A DNA stretch of 64,000 nucleotides from Chloroflexota bacterium (GTDB lineage Bacteria; Chloroflexota; Chloroflexia; Chloroflexales; Roseiflexaceae), in contig JBCDFA010000001.1 of NCBI GenBank assembly GCA_039178835.1, positions 15,500 through 79,499 on the forward strand. Reading direction: 5' to 3'. A program made the position numbers and the translations under genes. The notes under the pieces were generated by a model that saw only the letters and a list, made by a program, of their open reading frames with translations, was not told the origin of the DNA and ran no database searches. Below, piece by piece: positions 1-10,102 of this stretch; positions within the stretch are counted from its first letter, which is position 1, and every line of letters starts with the position of its first letter.

Positions 1-123
1 CAATACGAGCAGGTGCTTCCTGCCCACAGGATGCGAGCAACCATGTCAGCACTATGAGTGAGAGTAGTCGTATCCAAATTGACTGTATATGTAGTCTTGT
101 TTGCGGATACATAGCCGTGCTTT

Positions 124-642
124 CTAGCGTTCGAGTAGTTCAACAGGCGTAGGGTCCACTGCTATCTGATTTTGATATGTACGTGTTGGTTTGGCTGCGC
201 TTCCATCACCACAGTATGGACAGACAGACCACGTCAGGTCAACCACACGATCACAAGACTGACAGCGTCGCCTGAGTGATGTATGGCAATATGGACAGAC
301 GATAAAGTCAGGTTCAATGCCACGCTGGCAACTGGGGCATGCGTATTGCTCTTCCAGATCACGTCGAAGATATTGTTCTTCCAGCTCCCGCTCATACTTT
401 TGGCCTAGGGTCTGACGTGGGCGCAAAATGAGGTGCAAAATAATACCTGCAAACGGCAATAGAAACACCATTGAAATAGCAAGCACTTGCACAACAACAT
501 CATCGCTGCGAGAGCGGATATCACGATATGCCCAGAGTACTGAAGCAGCCCAGAGCAGTACTGCATAAATAGCTAGCACCCATCCAAGCGCTATGATGAG
601 GGGTACTACATTTGTAAGAAGATCCTGTATTCTTTCTATCAA
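124..642 (-). CDS. Small membrane protein with two N-terminal TM helices (PLD_N-like 'WAYRDIRSR' loop) and a C-terminal double zinc ribbon
   Basis: 172-aa ORF. TTG start at 642 has AAAGGAG about 8 nt upstream. Four CxxC pairs are present (CPSC, CPYC, CQSC, CPYC). Confidence 0.65.
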   Translation of the reverse strand: MIERIQDLLTNVVPLIIALGWVLAIYAVLLWAASVLWAYRDIRSRSDDVVVQVLAISMVFLLPFAGIILHLILRPRQTLGQKYERELEEQYLRRDLEEQYACPSCQRGIEPDFIVCPYCHTSLRRRCQSCDRVVDLTWSVCPYCGDGSAAKPTRTYQNQIAVDPTPVELLER

Positions 643-786
643 GCCTCAAACTCCTTTAGTATCACAGTGTTTTATGACACACTATCGCTTACAGCTTTCG
701 GCAGATTCTCGCGCACTTTACGAAAATGTCAAGCATGACAATCTGATAGATAGCTGAAAAGTGTACGTATTTCTGTGATTGATGCC

Positions 787-1116
787 TTACAGAATCCGTA
801 CCTGATCGGTCCTAAGCACAAAAACAACAGCACCACCAACTTGTACTTCAATAGGTGTTGGTGGATAAAATTCACCAGATTCGACCACAGGAGGTATGGG
901 GGAAACATGACGTGTGCGTGTATAACAGTGTTCTCGAATGAGTCTGATCAGCCGATCAACGGCCATATCTTCGACAAGAATAAGTAAGGTAATGTTGCTC
1001 TCGTGGAGAAACCCACCCTCACTACAGATCTGCGTGGCTTGGTAGTTGTGGATGGTGAGTTCTTTGACAAGTTCGCCGGCGTCCTGTTTTTGAACTACGG
1101 CGATGACCAATTTCAT
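787..1116 (-). CDS. darA: PII-like cyclic-di-AMP receptor DarA (YaaQ/DUF970 family)
   Basis: 109 aa. It aligns along its full length with B. subtilis YaaQ as I recall it (MKL..AVVQ.QD, GGFL, VGGA.VFVL). It sits immediately after tmk, as in Bacillus, and its ATG overlaps the tmk stop (ATGA). Confidence 0.88.
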   Translation of the reverse strand: MKLVIAVVQKQDAGELVKELTIHNYQATQICSEGGFLHESNITLLILVEDMAVDRLIRLIREHCYTRTRHVSPIPPVVESGEFYPPTPIEVQVGGAVVFVLRTDQVRIL

Positions 1117-1862
1117 GTTTCGGGCTCCAACAAACGCACATGTTCCAACAAAGGTTCAACTGTCATCTGAATCTGATGTGCCAAGATGTCAATTGGTTGC
1201 CGTGCATCGAAAATTTCCCACCTCTCAGGGGATTCGGCTATCAACTCACGATAACCCATTTCAACTCGTTGATGGTATGCTAACTCACGTGCATCTAGCC
1301 GATTCCATTCAGGTGTTTGTGTCGACGCCTCCTGTGGTACAGCGTCGGTTGTTCCTTCGATTTCCCAGCTATTTGCCAATGCCGATCTACGTATGGGCTG
1401 TTGTTTTATACGTTTGCGTTCAAGTCCTTCTTCAGCTCTCAGATCCAAAAAGATGGTGACATCTGGTTGAAGTTCTCCAGTCGCCATCGAAGTGACCATG
1501 CGTAACTCGTCCAAGTTGCGCCCCAGACCATATCCCTGATACGCATAGGTCGAGTCAGCATAACGATCACAAAGGACAATGCCCCCATGTTCAAACAGAT
1601 ATGGTCGGATGGTTTCAAGCACCAATTGGGCACGAGCAGCAGAAAAGAGTAGGGTTTCTGTGGTCGTCGCCATTTCGGTGTGTCGTAGATCAAGTAAGAT
1701 ACGTCGAATCCAGTCGCTTATAGGTGTACCACCCGGTTCACGTACTTTGATGACAGGATACCCACGTGCCTGAAGATACTCGTAGAGAAGTTGGATTTGT
1801 GTACTCTTTCCGCTACCATCAATACCTTCAAATGTGATAAACAAGCTCATTAGAACAACCAC
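1113..1862 (-). CDS. tmk: Thymidylate kinase (dTMP kinase) with an extended LID-region insertion
   Basis: P-loop FITFEGIDGSGKSTQ plus the DRY motif (LCDRYADST). The real start may be the internal Met at 1850 (MSLFITFEG). Confidence 0.95.
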   Translation of the reverse strand: MVVLMSLFITFEGIDGSGKSTQIQLLYEYLQARGYPVIKVREPGGTPISDWIRRILLDLRHTEMATTTETLLFSAARAQLVLETIRPYLFEHGGIVLCDRYADSTYAYQGYGLGRNLDELRMVTSMATGELQPDVTIFLDLRAEEGLERKRIKQQPIRRSALANSWEIEGTTDAVPQEASTQTPEWNRLDARELAYHQRVEMGYRELIAESPERWEIFDARQPIDILAHQIQMTVEPLLEHVRLLEPET

Positions 1863-1892
1863 ACCTTACATTAGAAACGGATCTCCGCCTGA

Positions 1893-3572
1893 TTATGATC
1901 GATAGAGCTTGACCCGACGATTCGGCTCATGCCCTTGACTCTCTGATTTGAGATTGTATCGTTCGGCCATCTGATGTTGGAGGCGGCGAATGTAGTTACT
2001 GCGTGGGGTCAACTCCACAGCCTGATGTTCACCATTCAACATTTGGGTAATGGCCTCTTCGGTTTCCAGCCGTGCTTGTACTTCTTCCTCACGATTGAGA
2101 TGAGGGCGTTTACCAGGAACCTGTTCAGCTATTTGAATGTTAAAAACATCTGCCAGCTGACGTTCCATTTGTGTGATAGTGTTATTACGCAAAACATAGA
2201 CAGGGACACCACGATCTGCAGCTTGCCGCACCCGGTTGGCCCCTTGACGATAATAGCTTTTCAGGGTCATGACCATAGTTGCGTCTTGCATATCACGTAC
2301 TATAGCTGCTGGTACTCGTAAATTGCCAATGGCACGCTCCAGTCGATCTCGGCTTACCCCATACGGGTAGATGCGCTGCTGTGGTTTTGCGAACACATTC
2401 CCTGCATCTGCTCGTACATTCCGATTGCGTGGCCCATTCACATACTGTGGTGTGGCACTGCGTTGTTCACGTGAGCCATTACGTTCTCGCCGCATACCAC
2501 CAACAGTTTGCTGTGCGAGCGTGACTTCTTGTTGACCAATAAAAGGGTCGCTCATTGGTTGGATGGTAATCTGACCATCCGCATCGCGTTGGCGTAACTC
2601 GGCCTGTGGTAATTCACTTCGTAATAAACTGTCAACAGCATTGGCAACATCATTATAAACGATAACTTCGTCCCAACTGCGGATTTCTACTAATACATCG
2701 AATGTTGGGGGGGCTTTGCGTTCCAGCACCGTTTTTTGTGTTCCGCGTCTCCGTGCCTCATCGTCGCCCAACGTTACTGCCTGGATGCCACCAATTAAGT
2801 CTGAAAGTGTTGGATTTACCATCAGATTATCGAGATTGTTGCCGTGCGCTGTGCCAATCAGCTGGACACCACGTTCGGCGATGGTACGTGCTGCCAGGGC
2901 TTCTAGTTCTGTACCAATCTCATCAATCACAATTACTTGGGGCATATGATTTTCGACTGCTTCGATCATGACCGCATGCTGTTCGGCTGGACGTGGGACC
3001 TGCATGCGTCGTGCACGTCCAATACCTTGATGGGGAATGTCGCCATCGCCGGCAATTTCATTTGATGTGTCAACAATCACTACTCGTTTGCGTAATTCTT
3101 CGGCCAACACACGGGCCGTTTCGCGTAGCATGGTCGTTTTTCCGACCCCTGGCTGACCAAGTAGCAGCACACTGCGCCCAGAGTCGATCAAGTCGCGCAA
3201 AATTGCTATTGTACCAAAGACAGCTCGTCCGACTCGACATGTCAGTCCAATAGCTTTACCCGCACGATTACGAATGGCCGAAATGCGATGTAGGGTTCGT
3301 GGAATACCAGCACGATTATCTTCACCAAACTCCCCAATGCGTGCCATAACATAATCGATATCATCTTGTGATACCTCATGATCACTGAGGAATACTTCGG
3401 AAGTGCGGTACCGTGCTTCTGGCATACGTCCGAGATCCATAATAATCTCAAGCAAGTCTTCTTTGCCTTCGGCGGTATTGTCAAGACTATGTCGAATGTG
3501 AGGAGGAAGAGCCTCCAGTAATAGATCTATGTTGCTGGTGATGTCGCGTTGCTCTGTCATATTGCTGTGCAT
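1893..3572 (-). CDS. R3H-domain AAA+ ATPase (ycf45 / SpoIIIAA-like)
   Basis: Walker A LLGQPGVGKTT and Walker B VIVIDEIG. C-terminal R3H-like segment (YIRRLQHQMAERYNL...EPNRRVKLY). The start is ambiguous: ATG 3572 or 3560, with AGGAG at 3575-3579, and the ORF is open up to 3608. Confidence 0.85.
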   Translation of the reverse strand: MHSNMTEQRDITSNIDLLLEALPPHIRHSLDNTAEGKEDLLEIIMDLGRMPEARYRTSEVFLSDHEVSQDDIDYVMARIGEFGEDNRAGIPRTLHRISAIRNRAGKAIGLTCRVGRAVFGTIAILRDLIDSGRSVLLLGQPGVGKTTMLRETARVLAEELRKRVVIVDTSNEIAGDGDIPHQGIGRARRMQVPRPAEQHAVMIEAVENHMPQVIVIDEIGTELEALAARTIAERGVQLIGTAHGNNLDNLMVNPTLSDLIGGIQAVTLGDDEARRRGTQKTVLERKAPPTFDVLVEIRSWDEVIVYNDVANAVDSLLRSELPQAELRQRDADGQITIQPMSDPFIGQQEVTLAQQTVGGMRRERNGSREQRSATPQYVNGPRNRNVRADAGNVFAKPQQRIYPYGVSRDRLERAIGNLRVPAAIVRDMQDATMVMTLKSYYRQGANRVRQAADRGVPVYVLRNNTITQMERQLADVFNIQIAEQVPGKRPHLNREEEVQARLETEEAITQMLNGEHQAVELTPRSNYIRRLQHQMAERYNLKSESQGHEPNRRVKLYRS

Positions 3573-4554
3573 CACTCCTATGTGGAAGTATGGTCGGCAC
3601 AGGGGCACGTGATTCCAGACTTGGTTCTAAGGCTGGCTTTAGGATTACGGAACTCCGTTCTGCCACTGTTGTTCGTTTACAAAGGAGCATTTGTTCACCA
3701 ATAGGTTGAAACCCCAGATCACCAGCGGGAAGCAAAATTTCACGCTGGTAATCCCGTAACAGAAGATACACTGGCTGTGAGTCCGGGATTTGTCCCAGGC
3801 CGAATCGTAAAATATCAGTTGTAATATCACGGTGTTCCGGTCGCAATAGTAGGGTGAATGTATGTCCCATCACTCCACTAGTAAGTTGCAAATATGCCGT
3901 AAGATCGTCATCAGGACCCAGCACCCAGCCACGTCGACGTAGTCGCTTACCCTGGCCACGTGGGAGTGCCCAAGTACGACTTTCACGCGCTTCTGCATAT
4001 TGTACGAGACGGGGTGTTATTGCGCCGTACAGTTTGTGAATAGCCCACACATCACGACGAGATTGGGAACGCATTGGAGCCAACGTTGTTCCCTGATCCC
4101 AATCGGGTCCTTCTAATCGAAGGACAGTTTGTTGTGTATAGTTGTCAAACCCAAGTTGTCGGAAAACCTCTCGTAGCTCCTCATGACCCTGTGAGAGGGC
4201 TGCATACAATCGTTGAATGTGGTGGTGTCCTGCTTGAATACATACGTCCTCCAGAAGACGAAACCAGATATCATGGTCCGTAATATGGCGACATCGTGCA
4301 CCATAGATAGCCATTAGGACAATATCTTGTTCCGGCCGCTTACTCCGCCCGACTGATTGAATGGCCGCACGCACACCCGGCTCACGATACATGAGGGTTA
4401 ACCCATCTGATCCATTGCCTTCCAGTAAACAACGAATGAGAAACCAAACACGTCGGTGTGGCCGAGCCAACATGATTTGGTTGTACAACATGACTTGATG
4501 ACGTGGTTTGCGTCGTAGTGTCCACAAGTCGCCTAGTGTGGCGGGTCCTATCAT
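3487..4554 (-). CDS. Hypothetical protein, possibly a tandem GNAT-like fold
   Basis: 355-aa ORF in the same orientation as its neighbours. I recognise no diagnostic motif. Its 3' end overlaps the R3H ATPase start by about 74-86 nt. Confidence 0.5.
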   Translation of the reverse strand: MIGPATLGDLWTLRRKPRHQVMLYNQIMLARPHRRVWFLIRCLLEGNGSDGLTLMYREPGVRAAIQSVGRSKRPEQDIVLMAIYGARCRHITDHDIWFRLLEDVCIQAGHHHIQRLYAALSQGHEELREVFRQLGFDNYTQQTVLRLEGPDWDQGTTLAPMRSQSRRDVWAIHKLYGAITPRLVQYAEARESRTWALPRGQGKRLRRRGWVLGPDDDLTAYLQLTSGVMGHTFTLLLRPEHRDITTDILRFGLGQIPDSQPVYLLLRDYQREILLPAGDLGFQPIGEQMLLCKRTTVAERSSVILKPALEPSLESRAPVPTILPHRSDAQQYDRATRHHQQHRSITGGSSSSHST

Positions 4555-4574
4555 AATTGTTCTAGTAGGCCTTG

Positions 4575-5147
4575 TTACAATTCTAGAAAATAGCGATGAA
4601 AGCGATCATCGTTTGATAATTCAGGGTGGAAGCAAGTCAACAGGAATGCCCCCTGTTGCGCTGCTACAATGTGTTGTCCTTCCAATGTTGCGATAGTATC
4701 TACATCACGTTCAGGTGATTCGAGCAATGGTGCTCGGATAAAGATGGCATGAAATGAATCTTCACCAAGTGATGGAACATTAAGATTGGCTTCAAAACTG
4801 TCCAATTGCCGTCCGAAAGCATTTCGTTTTGCCGTGATATCAACAAGTGCAAGGCTTGGCTGACCTGCTGGACGACCTTCTGCGATATGTTTGGCCATCA
4901 AAATGGCCCCTGCACAGGTCCCCCAGATAGGTAGGCCTTGGAGCCCCCGCTCTCGGATAGGTTCCAATAGGTTATACATAACAAGCAATTTCCCAATTGC
5001 GGTGCTTTCACCTCCTGGAATAATAAGACGATCAACATATTCCAGATGTTTCGGGAGACGGACTTGTTGTGTGGAAACGCCCAGCTTTTGAAGGACTTGT
5101 TCGTGTTCGCGAAAGTCACCTTGAAGGGCGAGAATACCTACTATCAT
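4575..5147 (-). CDS. pdxT: Pyridoxal 5'-phosphate synthase glutaminase subunit PdxT
   Basis: 190 aa. Class I GATase features are present (ILALQGDF, WGTCAG catalytic Cys, FHPE). It lies directly downstream of pdxS. Confidence 0.95.
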   Translation of the reverse strand: MIVGILALQGDFREHEQVLQKLGVSTQQVRLPKHLEYVDRLIIPGGESTAIGKLLVMYNLLEPIRERGLQGLPIWGTCAGAILMAKHIAEGRPAGQPSLALVDITAKRNAFGRQLDSFEANLNVPSLGEDSFHAIFIRAPLLESPERDVDTIATLEGQHIVAAQQGAFLLTCFHPELSNDDRFHRYFLEL

Positions 5148-5191
5148 AAGGACAAGAAACCTTCAATCGTTGGTGTCACACGGCAGTATGG

Positions 5192-6073
5192 CTACCATCC
5201 ACGTTCAGCCATACGTTGATCATCAGTCAGTGTTTGCACATTGATGCCTACCATTGCTTCGCCAAGTCCCCGACTGATCTGTCCGATGATTTCAGGTTCG
5301 TTGTAGTGAGTGGTTGCTTCAACAATTGCACGAGCGCGCTTGGCTGGATCACCAGATTTGAAGATACCTGAGCCAACGAACACACCATCTACACCAAGCT
5401 GCATCATCAGCGCAGCATCGGCAGGTGTAGCGATTCCACCCGCGGCAAAGTTGACGACCGGAAGTTTGCCTGTTTCGGCAATCTCTTTGACCAGATGATA
5501 TGGTGCCCTAAGGTCTTTTGCTGCACTATACAGTTCGTCCGTACTCATATTTTGTAAACGTCGAATAGTTCCATACACTGCACGAGCATGGCGAACCGCT
5601 TCGACAACGTTGCCGGTTCCGGCTTCTCCCTTGGTGCGAAGCATGGCTGCACCTTCGTTTACCCTGCGGAGTGCTTCATCCAAATCGCGACAACCACAGA
5701 CAAAGGGAACTTTAAACTCATGTTTATCAATGTGGTGCTCTTCATCCGCTGGAGTGAGCACTTCACTTTCATCTATATAATCGACACCTATGGCTTCAAG
5801 CACTTGTGCTTCTACAAAATGCCCAATACGTGCCTTGGCCATCACAGGTATCGTAACAGCTTCCATAATTTCAACAATAAGTTCTGGGTCACTCATCCGT
5901 GCAACCCCACCGTTAGCGCGTATGTCAGCAGGGACGCGCTCAAGTGCCATAACGGCAACGGCACCAGCCTCTTCGGCAATACGGGCCTGCTCAGCATTGA
6001 CAACGTCCATAATGACGCCGCCTTTTAACATTTGTGCCAAGCCCACTCTGGTTGTCCAGGTTGACTTTTCCAT
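5192..6073 (-). CDS. pdxS: Pyridoxal 5'-phosphate synthase lyase subunit PdxS
   Basis: 293 aa with highly conserved PdxS/SNZ sequence ([39 protein letters not shown]). Confidence 0.97.
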   Translation of the reverse strand: MEKSTWTTRVGLAQMLKGGVIMDVVNAEQARIAEEAGAVAVMALERVPADIRANGGVARMSDPELIVEIMEAVTIPVMAKARIGHFVEAQVLEAIGVDYIDESEVLTPADEEHHIDKHEFKVPFVCGCRDLDEALRRVNEGAAMLRTKGEAGTGNVVEAVRHARAVYGTIRRLQNMSTDELYSAAKDLRAPYHLVKEIAETGKLPVVNFAAGGIATPADAALMMQLGVDGVFVGSGIFKSGDPAKRARAIVEATTHYNEPEIIGQISRGLGEAMVGINVQTLTDDQRMAERGW

Positions 6074-6286
6074 ACTTTACCCTCGCCGTTCAAATAATGA
6101 TTTGTTTTCGATAATAATTGTACCACCCTTCGACACGTGCGGCAATCGTCCTCTCGACTGAGGTGTTCATACAGGGGTCTTATAGTGCATAGCAGTCAGT
6201 GATTATACGTGTGAAAGAAGTACACACAAAAGAGGGTATGGTTGACCACACCCTCTTCCATCGTTCTCTTGAAATGTAGTTAGAAC

Positions 6287-6892
6287 TTACTTCTCAAAGT
6301 TTGCTGCTACAGTGTCCCAGTTCACGGTGTTCCACCACGCACTGAGGTAATCTGGTCGGCGGTTCTGGTACTTGAGGTAGTAGGCATGCTCCCATACATC
6401 AATACCCATGAGTGGGGTTTGACCATCCATAAAAGGGCTATCCTGATTGGCACTGCTCAGCACATGTAGTTTGCCGCTAGTGTCTTTCACAAGCCAAGAC
6501 CAGCCACTCCCAAAGCGCTTGACACCTGCATCAATCATTTGTTGCTTGAATGTGTTGAAATCACCAAATGTGCTGGTGATAGCCTGAGCCAGGGCGCCTT
6601 TTGGCTCGCCACCACCGTTTGGTCCCATAATGGACCAGAACAGGGTGTGGTTTGCATGCCCACCGCCATTGTTGCGTACTGCCATGCGAATACCTTCTGG
6701 CACATCGTTGATGTTGCGAAGAATGTCTTCAATGGTTTGACTTTGCAAATTAGCGTGTCCTTCGAGTGCGGCATTCAAATTGTTGACATAAGTTGCGTGG
6801 TGCTTGCCGTGATGAATCTGCATGGTTTGTGTGTCGATGTGTGGTTCCAATGCAGCAAAATCGTATGGAAGTGATGGTAGTGTAAAAGCCAT
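6287..6892 (-). CDS. sodA: Fe/Mn superoxide dismutase
   Basis: 201 aa. [19 protein letters not shown] and [18 protein letters not shown] are signature segments. Confidence 0.95.
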   Translation of the reverse strand: MAFTLPSLPYDFAALEPHIDTQTMQIHHGKHHATYVNNLNAALEGHANLQSQTIEDILRNINDVPEGIRMAVRNNGGGHANHTLFWSIMGPNGGGEPKGALAQAITSTFGDFNTFKQQMIDAGVKRFGSGWSWLVKDTSGKLHVLSSANQDSPFMDGQTPLMGIDVWEHAYYLKYQNRRPDYLSAWWNTVNWDTVAANFEK

Positions 6893-7045
6893 GAAATCCT
6901 CCTGAAAATTCTATAGAGACTACAAGACAAGACGAACAAACGAACTGAGCAGAGAAAACCTGCTCAGTTATAGGAGGGGAAATATCCCTATCAATCGTGT
7001 TACAGTGCTACTTTTGGATGGTTGATGCTAGACAAACGTACCGAT

Positions 7046-7681
7046 TTAAGCCATATTAATACGGTAACGACAAAATGTCGCACCTTCTACAATGGAAGTT
7101 TCACGTACAATAGATGCGCCGAGTACATCTTCATAGAGTATTAGCTCCGATGCACACATCTGCCGATATTCACGAGCCACGCAGTCAACGGGGCAGTTAT
7201 GTTGGGTGAGCACAAATACCCCTTCCTCTATCTGCTCCCATTCACACATGAATCCCTGCTCGTTCAGTATGACTGTTAACTCTTTTACTTGTTCTACTAA
7301 TGACTTGTTAGCCAGACGTGGCCCATAGATTTTAGCTAGGTGTTCACGACGCGCCGTCAGAAACTTATCAATGGCTGGTTTGCCTCCGGAGGCCTCAATA
7401 AATGTGATAGCTTCAACAGCAAGCTTATCATAACCTTTGGGAAACAGTGCTTCAGCCTCTTCGGTTAGTGCATACAGATGACTTGGTCGACCTACGCCTC
7501 GCCTTACACTGGAAACATAGACAAGATTGTCACGTTCCAGCAAAGCTAAATGTTGACGTATACCAACAGTACCAATCCCTAAAGCTTCCCCTAGTTCAGT
7601 GGCTGTCATCTCGCCCTGACGTCGAATCTGTTGTATGATCTGTTGACGTGTTTCACCTTGCTCACGATGCTCTGTGGTCAT
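7046..7681 (-). CDS. Winged-helix transcriptional regulator with a Cys-rich C-terminal domain (COG2345 / SufR-like architecture)
   Basis: 211 aa. N-terminal HTH (TATELGEALGIGTVGIRQHLALLERDNLV). The C-terminal half carries Cys residues in HNCPVDC, QMCASE and FCRY contexts. Confidence 0.7.
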   Translation of the reverse strand: MTTEHREQGETRQQIIQQIRRQGEMTATELGEALGIGTVGIRQHLALLERDNLVYVSSVRRGVGRPSHLYALTEEAEALFPKGYDKLAVEAITFIEASGGKPAIDKFLTARREHLAKIYGPRLANKSLVEQVKELTVILNEQGFMCEWEQIEEGVFVLTQHNCPVDCVAREYRQMCASELILYEDVLGASIVRETSIVEGATFCRYRINMA

Positions 7682-7825
7682 CGATATGCTCCTGAAACTG
7701 ATCTATATTACATTTTTTGTACATAATATAACAATGAGTATAGCACTCCGTTTTCTGCTTTGTCAAGTAAATACTTTTGAAACTGTTCTTTTGTTCAGGC
7801 TGCATCATATACCAACAGAAAAAAC

Positions 7826-7854
7826 TTGACAATTGGTCTGCTTACTCGTACACT
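7826..7854 (+). promoter_or_regulatory. Sigma-70-like promoter for the SDR gene
   Basis: TTGACA (7826-7831), a 17-nt spacer, then TACACT (7849-7854). It lies about 80 nt upstream of the ATG at 7936. Confidence 0.4.
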
Positions 7855-7935
7855 CGCACACAATTCATATCTTATCTAAGCAATTCTTTAATCGCTACAC
7901 TGTGGTTTTACACTTTTTAACGTCCCATATACACT

Positions 7936-8712
7936 ATGGTTGCTTTACAAAACAAAGTTGTTGTTATTACAGGTGCTTCGAGTGGTTTTGGTAAAATTAT
8001 CGCTCAGAAGTGTGTGCAATCTGGTGCTTCGGTAGTTCTTGCTGCCCGTTCAGAAGAACCTTTGGCACATGTTGCAGCTACCTTACAAGGCAATCGTATT
8101 TTAGCTATCCCAACGGATGTGACACAAGATAAGGATGTGGCGCATTTAGTTCGCAGAACACTTGAGCGATTTGGCTCTGTTGATGTTTTGGTTAACAGCG
8201 CTGGATTTGGTGTCATCGATTCGGTGGTAAATGCCTCCCTGTCAGATTTTAATGAGATGTTGGATGTTAATCTTTGTGGTGTTACCCGCTGTACTCAAGC
8301 TTTTTTGCCACATATGCTAGCACAAAGGAGTGGTCATATCATTATGATGGCTTCACTAGCTGGCCTCATTGCAACCAATAACATGGGATTTTATAGCGCC
8401 AGTAAGTTTGCACTCATAGGGATGTCACGTGCCTTAATGCTTGAACTACATGGGACGGGTGTGCTTTGTACAGTCGTATGTCCAGGGATTGCATTGACAG
8501 GATTTCAACGACGTGCACCTCTTGAGCGTTATGCACGCAGCACACAGTTAGTACCTTGGACAACCGCTGAACGTGTTGCAGATGTTACGTTACGGGCAGT
8601 TGAACGAAAGATACAGGGTGAAATAGTGATTCCACACGTTGGGCGTGTCTTTGCTGTCGCCTGCACTTTGTTCCCTGGTTTGGCTCGACGGGTTATGTCG
8701 ATTATTGGATGA
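7936..8712 (+). CDS. Short-chain dehydrogenase/reductase (SDR family)
   Basis: 258 aa. Cofactor motif TGASSGFG, NSAG, and the catalytic YSASK tetrad element. Confidence 0.9.
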   Translation: MVALQNKVVVITGASSGFGKIIAQKCVQSGASVVLAARSEEPLAHVAATLQGNRILAIPTDVTQDKDVAHLVRRTLERFGSVDVLVNSAGFGVIDSVVNASLSDFNEMLDVNLCGVTRCTQAFLPHMLAQRSGHIIMMASLAGLIATNNMGFYSASKFALIGMSRALMLELHGTGVLCTVVCPGIALTGFQRRAPLERYARSTQLVPWTTAERVADVTLRAVERKIQGEIVIPHVGRVFAVACTLFPGLARRVMSIIG

Positions 8713-8863
8713 GTTTAATCAACTCCCGAACTACAGCATGTGATGAAAATGGTACTAACGTCATGGCAAGCTATCTCCTGCGAAAATAAGGAAATATGGT
8801 ACGATTTGCGATAAACAACCAGCAAGTATTTTGACTGTATACTATTGATGGTAAGAGGATGTT

Positions 8864-10027
8864 ATGACACATGAGCGTATTGCCAAACGAGTAGATCGAG
8901 TACCACCTTCTGGGATACGACGATTTTTCGACATTGCCGCAACAATGCCAGAAGTGATTTCGTTAGGAATCGGTGAGCCTGATTTTGTAACTCCAGCACC
9001 GTTTCGGGATGCTGCAGTACGCTCCATTCAGGATGGACATACCGCTTATACCTCAAATTCGGGGCTGTTTGAACTGCGTGAGGCAATAGCTCATCATCTT
9101 CAGCGCTTATATGATGTACGTTATGATCCTGAGACAGAGATCCTCATCACTGTGGGTGTGAGTGAAGCACTACAATTGGCCATGCTTGCAACTGTCAATG
9201 ATGGAGATGAAGTGATCGTCCCTGAGCCCTGTTTTGTGGCGTATGCTGCGACAGTAGCTTTCGCGGATGGGATTCCACAACATGTCGCCACATCAGTTGA
9301 AGATGATTTTCAAGTCACCGGTCAAGCTATCGAAGCAGCTATCACACCACGCACACGAGCCATTCTAATCGGTTACCCCAACAATCCAACTGGCGCAGTG
9401 ATGCCCCGTGAGCGATTGCTTGAGGTGGCGAAGATTGCAGAAACGCATGATCTGCTCGTATTTTCGGATGAAATTTATGATCGTTTGGTATATGGCGTTG
9501 ATCATACCTGTTTTGCAACTTTACCCAACATGCGTGAGCGTACAGTCTTGCTCGGTGGCTTCTCCAAAGCCTATGCGATGACTGGCTGGCGTCTTGGTTG
9601 GATGGCGGCCCCTGCCGATGTGACTGCTGCAGTTCGCAAAATCCACCAGTATGCGATCATGTCTGCTCCGACAATGAGCCAGTATGCCGGGTTGGAAGCG
9701 ATCTTAAATGGGGAGCCTGCTGTCCACGAAATGGTCACCGAATATAATCGGCGTCGGCAAACAATCGTCGCTGGATTCAACCAGATTGGCTTGCCTACCT
9801 TTGAACCAAAGGGTGCATTTTATACATTTCCACAGGTAGGTCATTTGGGTATTACCTGTGAGGAGTTTGCCGAACGATTGCTTTTGGAGCAGCAGGTAGC
9901 TGTTGTTCCAGGGAACGCTTTTGGTCCGAGTGGTGAAGGATTTGTACGTGCCTGTTATGCAACTGCATATGAAAAAATTGAAACGGCGCTTGAACGAATT
10001 GATGCATTTGTGAAAACACTTCGTTGA
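8864..10027 (+). CDS. PLP-dependent aminotransferase, class I/II (aspartate/aromatic type)
   Basis: 387 aa. NPTG motif and the PLP-lysine context SFSKAYAMTGWRLGW. AAGAGG lies upstream of the ATG. Confidence 0.9.
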   Translation: MTHERIAKRVDRVPPSGIRRFFDIAATMPEVISLGIGEPDFVTPAPFRDAAVRSIQDGHTAYTSNSGLFELREAIAHHLQRLYDVRYDPETEILITVGVSEALQLAMLATVNDGDEVIVPEPCFVAYAATVAFADGIPQHVATSVEDDFQVTGQAIEAAITPRTRAILIGYPNNPTGAVMPRERLLEVAKIAETHDLLVFSDEIYDRLVYGVDHTCFATLPNMRERTVLLGGFSKAYAMTGWRLGWMAAPADVTAAVRKIHQYAIMSAPTMSQYAGLEAILNGEPAVHEMVTEYNRRRQTIVAGFNQIGLPTFEPKGAFYTFPQVGHLGITCEEFAERLLLEQQVAVVPGNAFGPSGEGFVRACYATAYEKIETALERIDAFVKTLR

Positions 10028-10102
10028 ATTACAAGTGTGTGATTCGGATGTAACATGACCTCAATCGAACATACTGCTATGTGTAACACGAGGAGTACTA
10101 CT

